A stretch of DNA of 64,000 bases from Candidatus Spongiisociaceae bacterium (lineage in GTDB: Bacteria > Actinomycetota > Acidimicrobiia > Spongiisociales > Spongiisociaceae): the NCBI GenBank assembly GCA_965202665.1, contig OZ241841.1, positions 1,696,001 through 1,760,000 on the forward strand, in the 5' to 3' direction. The notes beneath the pieces were generated by a model that saw nothing but the letters and a program-made list of their open reading frames with translations, did no database searches and was not told the DNA's origin. A program made the position numbers and the translations under genes. Positions 27,435 through 37,772 of this stretch are shown piece by piece; within the stretch, counting starts at the first letter, position 1, and every line of letters begins with the position of its first letter.

Positions 27435-28400
27435 TTACCGGGGCGGTTGGAGCAGGCCGGCGTCCAGCATCCGCCGGAAGTCCCCCATCGCGTCGGCGAT
27501 GCCTTCTTCCATCGTGCGATGCCGGACGCCGAGCAGGCCGTCCAAAGCGGTTCCGTCTATCGCCTGCGGCAGGGGGAGCGGCTGGTCGTCGAAGGTGACG
27601 CCGACTCCGGGGGCGGCGGCGGAGACGGCGGCGGCGATGTCGGCGATGGCCGCGGTGGGCCCGCCCATGTTGTGGATAAGGGCGGAGTCGGTTTCCAGCC
27701 GGGCCGCGGCCAGGAAACAGTCGGCCGCGTCTTGGGCGTGCTGGAAGGTGGATGAGCCGCCGAAGCCGATGTGGGAGGAGGAGCCGGCGGCGGCGGCCAG
27801 CATGGATTTGGTCGGGTCGGAGGTGAGTCCCTGGTCGCGTCCGGGGCCGTAGACGATGCACGGGCGCAGTCCCACCGACCCCACCCCCCAGTCGTCGGCG
27901 TAGACGCGGGCGGTCCCTTCGTTGGCCTGCTTGTAGACGCCGTACAGGGTGCGGGGGGCCAGCGGGGAGCGGTCGCCCGCCGTCCCCCCCTCGTACATTT
28001 CCGCCGGGCCGAACACCGCCACCGAACTGGCGTAAGCCGTTCCCCGCACCCGTCCTTCCGACCGCCGTACCGCTTCCAGGATGTTGACGGTCCCCGCCAC
28101 GTTGACTTGGGACCCCATAATCGGATCGGCCGCGCAGAACGGAATCTGCAAGGCGGCCAAATGGACGATGTGGGTGATGTTTTCTTCCCGGACCAGCGAT
28201 TCCACGGCGGCGAAGTCCCGCAGGTCGCCCCGCCGAAAGGCCACGTCGCCCATCCGGTCTTCGTCCAGCAACAACCGCAACCGCCGGTAATCCTCCGACA
28301 AGTCGAAGGCGACCACCGCCGTCCCCTCGTCGACCAGCTGACGGACAACCCAAGACCCCAGGCACCCCCCCGCCCCGGTAACCAACACCCGATCCAACAT
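27435..28400 (-). CDS. NAD-dependent epimerase/dehydratase
   Basis: TGAGGCLG, HLAA, ASSVAVFG, YGVYK, VYGPG. Confidence 0.9.
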   Translation of the reverse strand: MLDRVLVTGAGGCLGSWVVRQLVDEGTAVVAFDLSEDYRRLRLLLDEDRMGDVAFRRGDLRDFAAVESLVREENITHIVHLAALQIPFCAADPIMGSQVNVAGTVNILEAVRRSEGRVRGTAYASSVAVFGPAEMYEGGTAGDRSPLAPRTLYGVYKQANEGTARVYADDWGVGSVGLRPCIVYGPGRDQGLTSDPTKSMLAAAAGSSSHIGFGGSSTFQHAQDAADCFLAAARLETDSALIHNMGGPTAAIADIAAAVSAAAPGVGVTFDDQPLPLPQAIDGTALDGLLGVRHRTMEEGIADAMGDFRRMLDAGLLQPPR

Positions 28401-28593
28401 CCCGCCTCCCTTCGCCTCTTGCGCAACCCCCATAGTACCAACCCGCCCCAACCCCCGCCGCGTTCTCCAGGCCGGGGGAAGCGCGGCCTGCTAAACGCAA
28501 CAGGTCTTTACGGAAAACGGCTGTGTATGATTTGGCGGGGTTGGAGGGATGGTGATATGATACGCGGCCTATGAGTCGAAAGGGGCGGTAAAC

Positions 28594-28800
28594 GTGAAAG
28601 CCAATAATTTGGACAGGGCGGTGGGCTTGCTGGTATCGGAGTGCATAGCATCTTTCGAGTACAGCCTTGGTTGGGACTGCACTATGTTCGACGAAGGCCT
28701 TCGTGTTGCCATATCAGACACTTTGACGAACTGTGAGCATAAAGGAGAGTTTGTCAAAACCGTTTTGGAACGGTTGGGCGAATACGAGACTATTAGTTAG
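28594..28800 (+). CDS. Small hypothetical protein upstream of GHKL ATPase
   Basis: 68 aa ORF with AAGGGG RBS before a GTG start; co-oriented with 28836..31211. Confidence 0.4.
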   Translation: MKANNLDRAVGLLVSECIASFEYSLGWDCTMFDEGLRVAISDTLTNCEHKGEFVKTVLERLGEYETIS

Positions 28801-28835
28801 TTAACAATACTTTAGATAAAGAGGGAACCAAAATA

Positions 28836-31211
28836 ATGGATAATAAGAACCTGGCCACCAGATTGATGAGAGCTGATTCAGCGGATGTGGTAGTGAACAT
28901 TCTTGAAGAGGCGGGCTATTGGCACGAGGACCGCTATTGGCGGTATCTCGGTGATATGCCAACTAACTTTTCCTCTATTGGCAATCAGCAAAGTGATCCG
29001 GTAGCCTCTTTGGTCGAGAAGATAATCAACGGAGTTGACGCTCGGCTGATGAATGCCTGCTTAGAACAAAACATTGACCCTGAGTCCAAAGAGGCTCCCA
29101 ACACTATGCAAGAGGCAGTGTCTCGTTTCTTTGAGGGAGGATCGGATGCTCGGGTGGATGGTAAGATTAGACACTGGAGTGCCGATCAGCTTCGCCAAGA
29201 GAGCTCTTTTTTGACTGTCGCTGCAACCGGTCATCGACCAGGCAAAGGTGACCCATGTATTACTATTGCGGACCAAGGAGAGGGGCAAACACCCGACGAG
29301 TTTCCAAATACGTTTTTGTCATTACAAAAAGGCAATAAAAACAAAATTCAATTTGTTCAAGGTAAATACAATATGGGCGGTACAGGAGCATTGAACTTTT
29401 GTGCTGGCCCGCATCGTTTGCAACTAATCATCTCGCGGCGAAACCCTGCTCTTCTAAAGGATAGTTTTTCTGAACGAGACAGCCAGTGGGGTTTTACGGT
29501 GGTGAGACGTGAAAAGCCTGTAGGTAATGAAAAGAATTCTACTTTCACATACCTTGCTCCTATTGGCTCTTCGTATCGTAAAGGGGAAGTTCTTACCTTT
29601 GTATCGGATGCTTGGCCATTATTTCCTGATGGTGAGGATGCGTATTGTATTCCTAGCAAGTTTGGAACACTCGTAAAACTATATGAGTATGACTTACCAA
29701 ACAAAAGTAATATAGTATCATCAGAGACGGGGCTGTTTCGTAGGCTTGACTTGGGAATGCCTGAGATAGTTCTTCCAGTAAAAGTTTTTGAATGTCGGCC
29801 AGGTTATGGAGGTACAGCAGAAGGTGTAATAGATGGACTAATTGCAAGATTAGAAGAAGATAGATCTAAAACTCTTGAACCAGGCTTTCCTCAGGTTAGC
29901 GAGATTAGCGATAACCAGAAACTCCCGATACGCATATATGCTTTCAAACATGGTCAAGGAAAACATTATCGTACATCAGATACGGGTATTGTTTTTACGC
30001 TAAATGGCCAAACGCATGCTTCACTACCGCGTAGCTTTTATAGTCGCAAATCAGTCGGTATGAGCTATTTGGCTGATTCGCTACTACTGATAGCTGATTG
30101 TTCTGAACTACAACGTGATAAGCAAGAAGAATTATTCATGGCTAGTAGGGATAGGATGAGGAAGTCCGCTTTTTCTAAACAATTGGAAGATGATTTGGTA
30201 TCGCTTTTGAATGATAATCCTGCTTTGAAAGAATTGAGAAATCGACGTAGAAAAGAGCAAATTGGGGAACAATTGAGTGATGATAAACCCTTACAAGAAA
30301 TATTGAGCAATTTAGTTAGCAAAGATCCGAATTTGGCGAAATTGCTGATGACAGGGAATAGAATAAGTGCTCCGTTTGTTCCTGGGCCAATCCCGAACGG
30401 TGATTCGGAGTTTGAGGGGAGAAAATTTCCTACCTTTTTCAAATTTAAAAAAATCGATTACGGAGAAATATTTATAAGAGAAGGTTCTTTAGGAAGTAAG
30501 ATTCGGTTTGATTTTATTACCGATGCTGTTAACGATTATTTTGGGCGAGATATAGACCCAGGTCAGTTAACTGTGACGATCGATGATTTTGAACCTAAGT
30601 ATTTAAGATTACCTCTAAGGGATGGTAGTTGCAGTGTCAATCTTGTGATACCTGAAAGATATGTAGAGGGTGATATATTTGAGGTTCAGGTACAGGTTAC
30701 AGATCAATCCCGCATTGAACCTTTTATTAATATTGCTAGAGTGACGCTAAGAAAGGGTCGTAAATCACCACCGGGTCCTCGACCAAATCCCCCTAAGTTC
30801 GCTGATAAACTTTCGTTGCCGAAAATAATAAAGGTGAAGGAAGATAAATGGGCGAATCATGATTTCAATGCAGAGTCTGGTTTGGTTGTAAAAAGTACCA
30901 AATCGGAGAGTCGCGAATCTCGCCTGAGTTACGATTTTTATGTAAATGTGGATAATATATATTTAAAATCAGAGCAGAAATCTTCTAAAATTGATTCGAG
31001 CTTGCTCGAAGCAAGATTTGTATATGGGCTTGTTCTTTTTGCTATGGCTATTTTAAGAGATCCTAAAGATTTCAAATCTCTCTATCAGGGTGAAGAACCT
31101 GATGATTTGGAGGGGATAGTTAAGCATGTGAGCAAGAGTTTGGCGCGAATAATACTTCCGGTATTTAATTTGATTTTTGATCTTTCTGACTCTGATTATT
31201 TTGATGAGTAA
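28836..31211 (+). CDS. GHKL (MORC/MutL/Hsp90-like) ATPase domain protein, AT-rich
   Basis: EKIINGVDA, IADQGEGQ, GKYNMGGTG and GTLV Bergerat-fold motifs; S5-like region with SRDR; unknown C-terminal half. Confidence 0.8.
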   Translation: MDNKNLATRLMRADSADVVVNILEEAGYWHEDRYWRYLGDMPTNFSSIGNQQSDPVASLVEKIINGVDARLMNACLEQNIDPESKEAPNTMQEAVSRFFEGGSDARVDGKIRHWSADQLRQESSFLTVAATGHRPGKGDPCITIADQGEGQTPDEFPNTFLSLQKGNKNKIQFVQGKYNMGGTGALNFCAGPHRLQLIISRRNPALLKDSFSERDSQWGFTVVRREKPVGNEKNSTFTYLAPIGSSYRKGEVLTFVSDAWPLFPDGEDAYCIPSKFGTLVKLYEYDLPNKSNIVSSETGLFRRLDLGMPEIVLPVKVFECRPGYGGTAEGVIDGLIARLEEDRSKTLEPGFPQVSEISDNQKLPIRIYAFKHGQGKHYRTSDTGIVFTLNGQTHASLPRSFYSRKSVGMSYLADSLLLIADCSELQRDKQEELFMASRDRMRKSAFSKQLEDDLVSLLNDNPALKELRNRRRKEQIGEQLSDDKPLQEILSNLVSKDPNLAKLLMTGNRISAPFVPGPIPNGDSEFEGRKFPTFFKFKKIDYGEIFIREGSLGSKIRFDFITDAVNDYFGRDIDPGQLTVTIDDFEPKYLRLPLRDGSCSVNLVIPERYVEGDIFEVQVQVTDQSRIEPFINIARVTLRKGRKSPPGPRPNPPKFADKLSLPKIIKVKEDKWANHDFNAESGLVVKSTKSESRESRLSYDFYVNVDNIYLKSEQKSSKIDSSLLEARFVYGLVLFAMAILRDPKDFKSLYQGEEPDDLEGIVKHVSKSLARIILPVFNLIFDLSDSDYFDE

Positions 31212-31268
31212 TATAGTATTGGTTTAGGAGGGTATCTCCAGGTGAGAGATGGTTTGCCGGGCTCTGGG

Positions 31269-31592
31269 TTAGTCGGTGGGGGGCCAGGTGGTTATTAGGG
31301 GGTGGTCTTGGTTTAGGGGTTTTACTCGGTTGGCGCCGCCGGGGGAGTTTAGGCCGGTGTGGCTGAAAAACTCAGCGTTGGCGGCTATGAAAGGTTCGAA
31401 GTCGGGGGGGGCGAATTCGTCCGGGTAGATGGCCTCCACCGGGCACACCGGTTCGCACGCCCCGCAGTCTATGCATTCGTCGGGGTGGATGTAGAGCATC
31501 CGCCCGCCCACGTAGATGCAGTCCACCGGGCATTCGGCTACGCAGGCCGCATCTTTCACATCGATGCAGGGGGGGCCGATTATGTATGCGAT
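31269..31592 (-). CDS. fdxA: 7Fe ferredoxin (FdxA type)
   Basis: AYIIGPPCIDVKDAACVAECPVDCIY...CIDCGACEPVCPVEAI; the position of the expected Met is an ATC codon. Confidence 0.9.
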   Translation of the reverse strand: MAYIIGPPCIDVKDAACVAECPVDCIYVGGRMLYIHPDECIDCGACEPVCPVEAIYPDEFAPPDFEPFIAANAEFFSHTGLNSPGGANRVKPLNQDHPLITTWPPTD

Positions 31593-31608
31593 GACTTCCC
31601 CGTTCGTT

Positions 31609-32028
31609 TCAGCGCCGGAAGCCGGGGTGCCGCTCGTACACCCGTTCCAGCATCCCGTTTTCCACGTATTCGGGGACGGCGGCCAGCGACAGCGGGCTGG
31701 CCTCCTGGCCGGGATAGCCGATTATTTCCCGCACCTGCGGGTTCAAAAAATACGCCCCGGTAACGGCGGTGGACAGCACCGCGAAATCTTCCGGCCGGTC
31801 GGCGTCCAACTCCCGCACGAACCGGCGCGGGTCGCATCCCGCCGCTTCGTCCAAGATGGCCAGCAACGGCTCCTTCCAGGCGGGAACCACCGCCAGAGCG
31901 CGGTCCAGCAACTCCCCGGACACCCCCGCCTCCGAAGCGGACGGCTTGCCCGCCCCGGCCGCGATCAGCACATCCGCCAACCCGTCCAAAGTGCGGCGCT
32001 GGGCGGCGGTCGCCGCGGCCCCGCTCAC
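31609..32028 (-). CDS. Gluconate 2-dehydrogenase subunit 3-like partner of GMC enzyme
   Basis: LADVLI...PSASEAGV and AYFLNPQVREIIGYPGQ; overlaps the GMC stop. Confidence 0.7.
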   Translation of the reverse strand: MSGAAATAAQRRTLDGLADVLIAAGAGKPSASEAGVSGELLDRALAVVPAWKEPLLAILDEAAGCDPRRFVRELDADRPEDFAVLSTAVTGAYFLNPQVREIIGYPGQEASPLSLAAVPEYVENGMLERVYERHPGFRR

Positions 32029-33662
32029 GAAGTCTCCTGCCCGCGGCGGTTTTCCATCATATGCTCAACCACCCGCAGGGTGTTGGCCATGATGGTGGCG
32101 GTCGGGTTGACCGAACCGGCGGTTACGAACACCCCCCCGTCCGTGATGTACAGGTTGGGCACGTCGTGCGCCCGGCACCAGCGGTCCACCACCGAAGAAG
32201 ACGGGTCGTCCCCCATGCGGGTGGTGCCCAGGTTGTGCCCGATGCCGGTCGGCCAAATTTCGTCCACCACCGTTTCCACCGCCCCCAGGGCCTCCGCCGT
32301 TTCCAGCGCCCGGGCTATGTTGAAATCCAGCATGCGGCGGGTGTTGTCCGAAAGCCGGTAGTGGATGCGGGCCGCCGCCAGGCCCGAATCGTCGGCGGCC
32401 TCCGGGTCCAACGTAACCCGGTTGCGTTCTTCGGGCAGATCCTCCGCTTGGATTCCCCACGAGAAGGAACGGCCGAAAAAAACATCGGAGGCCCGGTGGA
32501 AAGCCTCCCCCCACACCTGGTCGAACCCCCCGCCGCGGCGGGCGGTCAGATGGTCGAAGACGGCGAACATCGGTCCGCCGCGCGGGCAGACGTTCCATTT
32601 GCTCCCCCGCACGAAGTCGTGTTCGGGACGGGTTTCGGCGAATTCCAAAGAATAAATGTTCTGCCCCCACGGGCCCCGCCAGCTTTCCAGATGCTCTTCC
32701 AAAACGACGGTAACCGTCTGATAGGGGTGCTGCATCAGCCGCCGCCCCACCAGGCCCGACGAGTTGGCCAGCCCGTCGGGAAACAGGGACGAGGCGGACA
32801 GGAGCAACAGGCGGGGGGTGCCGATCCCGTTGGCGGCCATAATCACCACTTCCCCCGGCTGCAGGCGCTCCGTCCCTTCCCGGTCTTCGTACACCGCCCC
32901 CCGGGCCCGCCCCCGCCCGTCCAGCGGAATTTGCTTCACCCGGGCCCCGGCGACCAGCCGCGCCCCGTTTTCCAAAGCCCGCGGCCAGTGGGTGAGCAGG
33001 CCGTTGGCTTTGGCGTTTTCCGGGCAGCCGATGATGCACGCCCCCCGCCGCTGGCAGGCCTGCAGGTTGCGGTGGGCCTGGGAGGAGATGGCGTTGCTCC
33101 CCGGCCACCAATGCCACCCCATGCGATCCATTCCCCGGGCGGCGGCCATCCCCACTTTGCCGATGGGGACCGGCGGATTGGGGTAGTCCAGTTCCGGGAA
33201 AGCCGGGTCGCCGGTCAGCCCGGACACCGACATGTCCCGGGTGGCCCGCTGGTAGAAAGGCCCCAGATCCTCCCAACTGATCGGCCAGTCGTCGCCCACC
33301 CCGTCCAACGTCCGCACTCGGAAGTCGGAGGGGAGTAGCGGATGCCACATTCCCGCCCACTGCACCAGGCCGCCCCCTACCGCGTTGCACATCACCGGCC
33401 GCACATCCGCTTCGCCGGTGGTCGGATAGTCGGCCCGGTTGCGGCGGGCGTTGTGGTCGGGGTTCCATTTGCCCAGCCAGGACAGTTCGGCTTCCGGTTC
33501 GGCGCTCAGGTAGTCGGCGGTTTCCGTCCAGCCGCCCTGCTCCAAGCAGGTCACCCGGAAGCCGGCCGCGGCGAAAGCGTCGGCGGCGACCGTCCCCGAA
33601 GCCCCGGCGCCTACAATCACCACATCGGCCGGTTCGTCCCGCTGAAGCCGAGATGTCAGCAT
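32025..33662 (-). CDS. GMC family oxidoreductase
   Basis: IVGAGASG, LEQGG, NSSGLVGRRLMQH, HNLGTTRMG, VNPTATI. Confidence 0.92.
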   Translation of the reverse strand: MLTSRLQRDEPADVVIVGAGASGTVAADAFAAAGFRVTCLEQGGWTETADYLSAEPEAELSWLGKWNPDHNARRNRADYPTTGEADVRPVMCNAVGGGLVQWAGMWHPLLPSDFRVRTLDGVGDDWPISWEDLGPFYQRATRDMSVSGLTGDPAFPELDYPNPPVPIGKVGMAAARGMDRMGWHWWPGSNAISSQAHRNLQACQRRGACIIGCPENAKANGLLTHWPRALENGARLVAGARVKQIPLDGRGRARGAVYEDREGTERLQPGEVVIMAANGIGTPRLLLLSASSLFPDGLANSSGLVGRRLMQHPYQTVTVVLEEHLESWRGPWGQNIYSLEFAETRPEHDFVRGSKWNVCPRGGPMFAVFDHLTARRGGGFDQVWGEAFHRASDVFFGRSFSWGIQAEDLPEERNRVTLDPEAADDSGLAAARIHYRLSDNTRRMLDFNIARALETAEALGAVETVVDEIWPTGIGHNLGTTRMGDDPSSSVVDRWCRAHDVPNLYITDGGVFVTAGSVNPTATIMANTLRVVEHMMENRRGQETS

Positions 33663-33701
33663 ATTGAAATCATAATATATAATGAAAAACGGAGGTGCGT
33701 C

Positions 33702-34340
33702 ATTCTCACCAATCACAGTTCCAAGACGCTTGACTGGCACCATCCCCAAGCGCGGGAGGGGGGCCCCTTTTCCGACCGCCCCCGGATAACGGTGACGGAA
33801 GTGGGCAACCGGATACGGGAGTTGCGCAAGACGCAGGGCAAAACTTTGGAGCAACTGGCCCAAGCGGCCGGGGTCAGCGCCGGGTTGCTTTCGCAGGTGG
33901 AACGGGGCCAGGGCAACCCGTCTTTCAGTTCCCTGGTGCAGATCGCCCACAGCCTGGGGGTGGCGGTGGCCCGGTTGGTGGCGGACGACCAGATGGCTTC
34001 GCCGGTGGTGCGCCGGGAGGAGCGCATCCGCCTGGACCTGGGGGAAAGCAACGACCTGATTACCGCCGAGTTGCTCACCCCCCGGCTGGAAAGCGCCTTC
34101 GAAGTGGTCAAAGTCACCACCCATCCCGGTTACAGCAGCGAAAAAACCCCGTTCGTGCACGCCGGGGAGGAATGCAGCATAGTGCTGGAGGGAACGCAGG
34201 CCTACATTGTGGGCGGGGTGCGCTACGTGTTGCGGGCGGGCGATGTCATCTCCTACAAATCCACCATCCCGCACTGGTATGAGAACCCGGGCGACGGCCC
34301 GTCGGTTTCGCTGACGATGATCACCCCGCCCAGTTTTTGA
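33702..34340 (+). CDS. XRE-family HTH regulator with cupin domain (start ATT 33702 or GTG 33792)
   Basis: RIRELRK..GKTLEQLAQAAGVSAGLLSQVERG; HAGEEC...PHWYEN cupin; divergent from the GMC gene. Confidence 0.88.
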   Translation: MLTNHSSKTLDWHHPQAREGGPFSDRPRITVTEVGNRIRELRKTQGKTLEQLAQAAGVSAGLLSQVERGQGNPSFSSLVQIAHSLGVAVARLVADDQMASPVVRREERIRLDLGESNDLITAELLTPRLESAFEVVKVTTHPGYSSEKTPFVHAGEECSIVLEGTQAYIVGGVRYVLRAGDVISYKSTIPHWYENPGDGPSVSLTMITPPSF

Positions 34341-34372
34341 GGCGGCCGGGGAAACGGGACGAGGTTGAACAA

Positions 34373-35737
34373 ATGGAAAAAGCGGATCATCCCCTGCTGA
34401 CCGAACCGGCGAAGGTGGTCGCCCAAACCGACGTGGCGGTGGTGGGGGGCGGCCCCGCCGGGTTGGCGGCGGCGGTGTCGGCCGCCCGCAACGGGGCTTC
34501 CGTAACCCTGCTGGAGCGCTACCCCTACCTGGGCGGTTTGGCGGCCGGGGGAATGGTTTTGGTGTTGGACGACTTCGTGGACGGGGCGGAGGAAATCACG
34601 GTGCGGGGCCTCGCCCAGGAGATGGTGGAGCGGATGGAGCGGATCGGGCTGGCCGTCTACCCGCCCCCCGGGGACCGGCTGTTCAGCGAAGAAATGTGGC
34701 GGAAGTGGGCCCGGTGGGGGCTGTTTGACATTTACCAGTCGGGGCGGATGAAGCACATCGTGTACGCGGTGGCTTTCGACCCGGACGGCTGGAAGCGGGT
34801 TTCCAACGACTTGGTGGAAGAGGAGGGGATAAACCTGCGCCTGCATTCCTGGTACGCCGCCCCGCTGATGGAAGGAGGAACCATCACCGGGGTGGTTTGC
34901 CGCACCAAAACCGGCCTGCAGGCGGTGCGGGCGCAGGTGGTGGTGGACGCCAGCGGGGACGCCGACGTGGCCGCCACCGCCGGGGCCCCCTACATGGACG
35001 GCTCCTACATGGTGACCACCGTCTTCCGGTTGGGCAACGTGGACACCGAGGCCGCGGAACGGTTCGAATGGGAGAGCCCGCGGGAATGCCACGAGGTGAA
35101 CCGCGCCGCCCGCCGCCTGCTGGGCGGTTCGTGGGCGCACTGGTGGTTGAAAACCCCCCTGCCGGGGGTGGTGTGGTGCAACTGCCCGCATATGAACGGC
35201 TACGACGGGCTGACCGCGGAGTCCCTCACCGCCGCCGACCGGGAGGGGCGCAAACGGATCGCCCAAGTGGTGGACTACGCCCGCGGCCACTACCCCGGTT
35301 TTGAGAAGGCGGTGGTAATCGACGTCGCCCCCCAAATCGGCGTGCGCCAGTCCCGCCTCATACAGGGCGACTACGTGGTGACCAAAGAGGACGTGACGGA
35401 GCGGGTGCATTTTCCGGACAGCGTGGCCCGCGGCCGGGGCTACTACACCCCCTACCGGGCCATGCTCCCGCAAAAGGTGGAGAACCTGCTGGTGGCGGGC
35501 CGCCACTATTCGGCCACCCCCGACGCCCAGAAAATGTCCCGGGAGATTCCGCCCTGCATGGCGATGGGGGAGGCGGCGGGCGTCGCCGCCGCGCAGGCCG
35601 TCGACCGGGGAACGACGGTGCGGGAGGCGGACGTGGCGGCGGTGCAACGGCGGTTGCGGGAGCAGGGGGCCGACCCGGGGGACGTCCCTTCCCCCCGGGC
35701 GGTCGTCCGCGCCCCGGCCGGGGCGGGCGCCGGATGA
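34373..35737 (+). CDS. FAD-dependent oxidoreductase
   Basis: VVGGGPAG, LERYPYLGG, VDASGDAD, NLLVAGR, CMAMGEAAG. Confidence 0.88.
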   Translation: MEKADHPLLTEPAKVVAQTDVAVVGGGPAGLAAAVSAARNGASVTLLERYPYLGGLAAGGMVLVLDDFVDGAEEITVRGLAQEMVERMERIGLAVYPPPGDRLFSEEMWRKWARWGLFDIYQSGRMKHIVYAVAFDPDGWKRVSNDLVEEEGINLRLHSWYAAPLMEGGTITGVVCRTKTGLQAVRAQVVVDASGDADVAATAGAPYMDGSYMVTTVFRLGNVDTEAAERFEWESPRECHEVNRAARRLLGGSWAHWWLKTPLPGVVWCNCPHMNGYDGLTAESLTAADREGRKRIAQVVDYARGHYPGFEKAVVIDVAPQIGVRQSRLIQGDYVVTKEDVTERVHFPDSVARGRGYYTPYRAMLPQKVENLLVAGRHYSATPDAQKMSREIPPCMAMGEAAGVAAAQAVDRGTTVREADVAAVQRRLREQGADPGDVPSPRAVVRAPAGAGAG

Positions 35738-36918
35738 CTTCCGGCCAACCTTTGGCGGGGATGCGGGTTCTGGATTTCTCGCAGATCGTGATGGGCCCGG
35801 CCGCCACCCAGTTGCTGGGCGACCACGGGGCGGACATCCTGAAAATCGAACGCCCCCGAACCGGGGACATTTTCCGCCACGCCCTGGCTTCGGTGGACGA
35901 AGACGGCCTGCTGCATCCGGCTTTCAGTTCGGTCAACCGCAACAAGCGCAGCTGCTCGGTGGATGTCTCAACCGAGGCGGGACGGGAGCTCGTTTACGAC
36001 CTGGTGCGGGAGGCGGACGCGGTGGTGGACAACTACCGGCCGGGGGTGATGGAGCGGCTCGGCCTCGGCTACGAGCGGCTGGCGGAAATCAACCCCCGCA
36101 TCATCTTCGCCGAAGGAACCGGCTTCGGCCCGGACGGCCCCTACGCCCGCAAAGGCGGGCAGGACATTCTGGCCCAGGCGATGACCGGGGCCATGCATCA
36201 CAAGGCCGACCCTTCCCACCCCACCCTCATCTACCCGATTTCCCTGGCCGATTACACGGCCGGCATGAACATGGTGCAGGGGATTCTGCTGGCCCTGCTG
36301 GAGCGGGAGCGCAGCGGCCTGGGGCAGAAGGTGGAAGTCAACTTGTACGATTCGCTGTTGGCCATGCAGCATCAGGAGGCGGCCATCCGCCTGATGCGGG
36401 AACGGGATTTCAACTGGGCGCAAACCCCCCTCACCGGAACTTTCGCCGTCCGCGACGGGGAGGTGGTGATCGTGGGGGCTTTCAAACCCAACCCGCTGCG
36501 GGACATCTGCCGGGCTTTGGATATGGAGGACCTGTCCGCCCTCCCCGAATACCGGAGTTTCGCCGAACAGTCCCGTCGCCGCCCGCAACTGCAAAAAGCC
36601 CTGGCGGAGGCCATCGCCCCTTTCCCGGTAGCGGAGGCCGTCAGGCGGCTGGAAGAGCAGGACATCCTGTGCGCCCCGGTGCGGACCATGGAGGAGGCGG
36701 TCAAAGACCCGCACACTTCCCAGATGATCTGGGAGATGGAACGGCCCGGCCGGGCCCCGTTGCGCGTCCTCGCCTCCCCCGTCCACCTGTCCCGCACCCC
36801 GGCCCGGGCGCAACGCCCCCCGCCCGCGCTGGGCGAAGGGGGGGAGGAGGCCCTGCGGGAATACGGAATCAGCGAGGGCCGCATTCGGGAGTTGCGGGAA
36901 GCGGAGGTTCTGGGATGA
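35734..36918 (+). CDS. CaiB/BaiF family III CoA-transferase
   Basis: PLAGMRVLDFS, GADILKIE, NRNKRS, NYRPG, ADYTAG. Confidence 0.92.
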   Translation: MTSGQPLAGMRVLDFSQIVMGPAATQLLGDHGADILKIERPRTGDIFRHALASVDEDGLLHPAFSSVNRNKRSCSVDVSTEAGRELVYDLVREADAVVDNYRPGVMERLGLGYERLAEINPRIIFAEGTGFGPDGPYARKGGQDILAQAMTGAMHHKADPSHPTLIYPISLADYTAGMNMVQGILLALLERERSGLGQKVEVNLYDSLLAMQHQEAAIRLMRERDFNWAQTPLTGTFAVRDGEVVIVGAFKPNPLRDICRALDMEDLSALPEYRSFAEQSRRRPQLQKALAEAIAPFPVAEAVRRLEEQDILCAPVRTMEEAVKDPHTSQMIWEMERPGRAPLRVLASPVHLSRTPARAQRPPPALGEGGEEALREYGISEGRIRELREAEVLG

Positions 36919-37691
36919 GCATCGACTTGCGGGTGGAGGGGCATGTGGCCTGGGTGACCATCAACCGCCCGGAGCGGCTCAACGCGGTGGACGAGTTTCA
37001 CCAGCAGGAGTTGCGGCGGACATGGGAGGCCATCGAGGCGGACCGGTCGGTGCGGGCCGCGGTGCTCACCGGGGTCGGGGAGCGGGCTTTCTGCGCCGGG
37101 GACGACGTGCGAAGCGACGCGGGCAAAACCGGGGTGGATTACTGGCTGGGGGCCCGCCCGCAGGGTTTCGGATATCTGACCCTGCGGGACACGCTGGACG
37201 TCCCGGTGCTGGCCCGGGTCAACGGATACGCCCTGGGCGGCGGTTTGGAGCTGGTGATCGGATGCGACTTGGCGGTGGCCTCCGAGGACGCCCAGCTGGG
37301 TTTTGTGGAACCCCGGCTGGGGAGGTTGCCGATGGACGGGGGGATCGTTTCCCTGGCCCGGCAGTTGCCCGCCAAATGGGCCATGGAGATCCTGCTCACC
37401 GGGCGCCGTTTCACAGCCGCCGAAGCCCTGGCCCTGGGGTTGGTGAACGAAGTGGTCCCTCCTGCGGAACTGGACGGGGCGGTGGAGCGCTGGCTGGAAA
37501 ACCTGCTGGCCTGCGGGCCGCTGGCTTTGCGGGCCATCAAGCAGATCGTTCGCCGCACCCCGCACATGACCGCCGCCGACGCCCGCATGGCCAACCTTCC
37601 CGCCCTGATCGAAGTCCTGGGTTCGGAGGACGGGGAGGAGGGGGTGCGGGCCTTCCGGGAGAAACGCCCCCCGGTTTGGAAAGGAAAATAA
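36915..37691 (+). CDS. Enoyl-CoA hydratase/isomerase family protein
   Basis: NRPERLNA, AFCAGDD, ALGGGLEL, EGVRAFREKRPP. Confidence 0.92.
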   Translation: MSIDLRVEGHVAWVTINRPERLNAVDEFHQQELRRTWEAIEADRSVRAAVLTGVGERAFCAGDDVRSDAGKTGVDYWLGARPQGFGYLTLRDTLDVPVLARVNGYALGGGLELVIGCDLAVASEDAQLGFVEPRLGRLPMDGGIVSLARQLPAKWAMEILLTGRRFTAAEALALGLVNEVVPPAELDGAVERWLENLLACGPLALRAIKQIVRRTPHMTAADARMANLPALIEVLGSEDGEEGVRAFREKRPPVWKGK

Positions 37692-37772
37692 AACCCCCAT
37701 TTTTGGCAACAAATTAAAAAATCTTGTTTATAATGAAAAAATAGTTTTCCGGACAACGGAGGGAGGCCCCAA

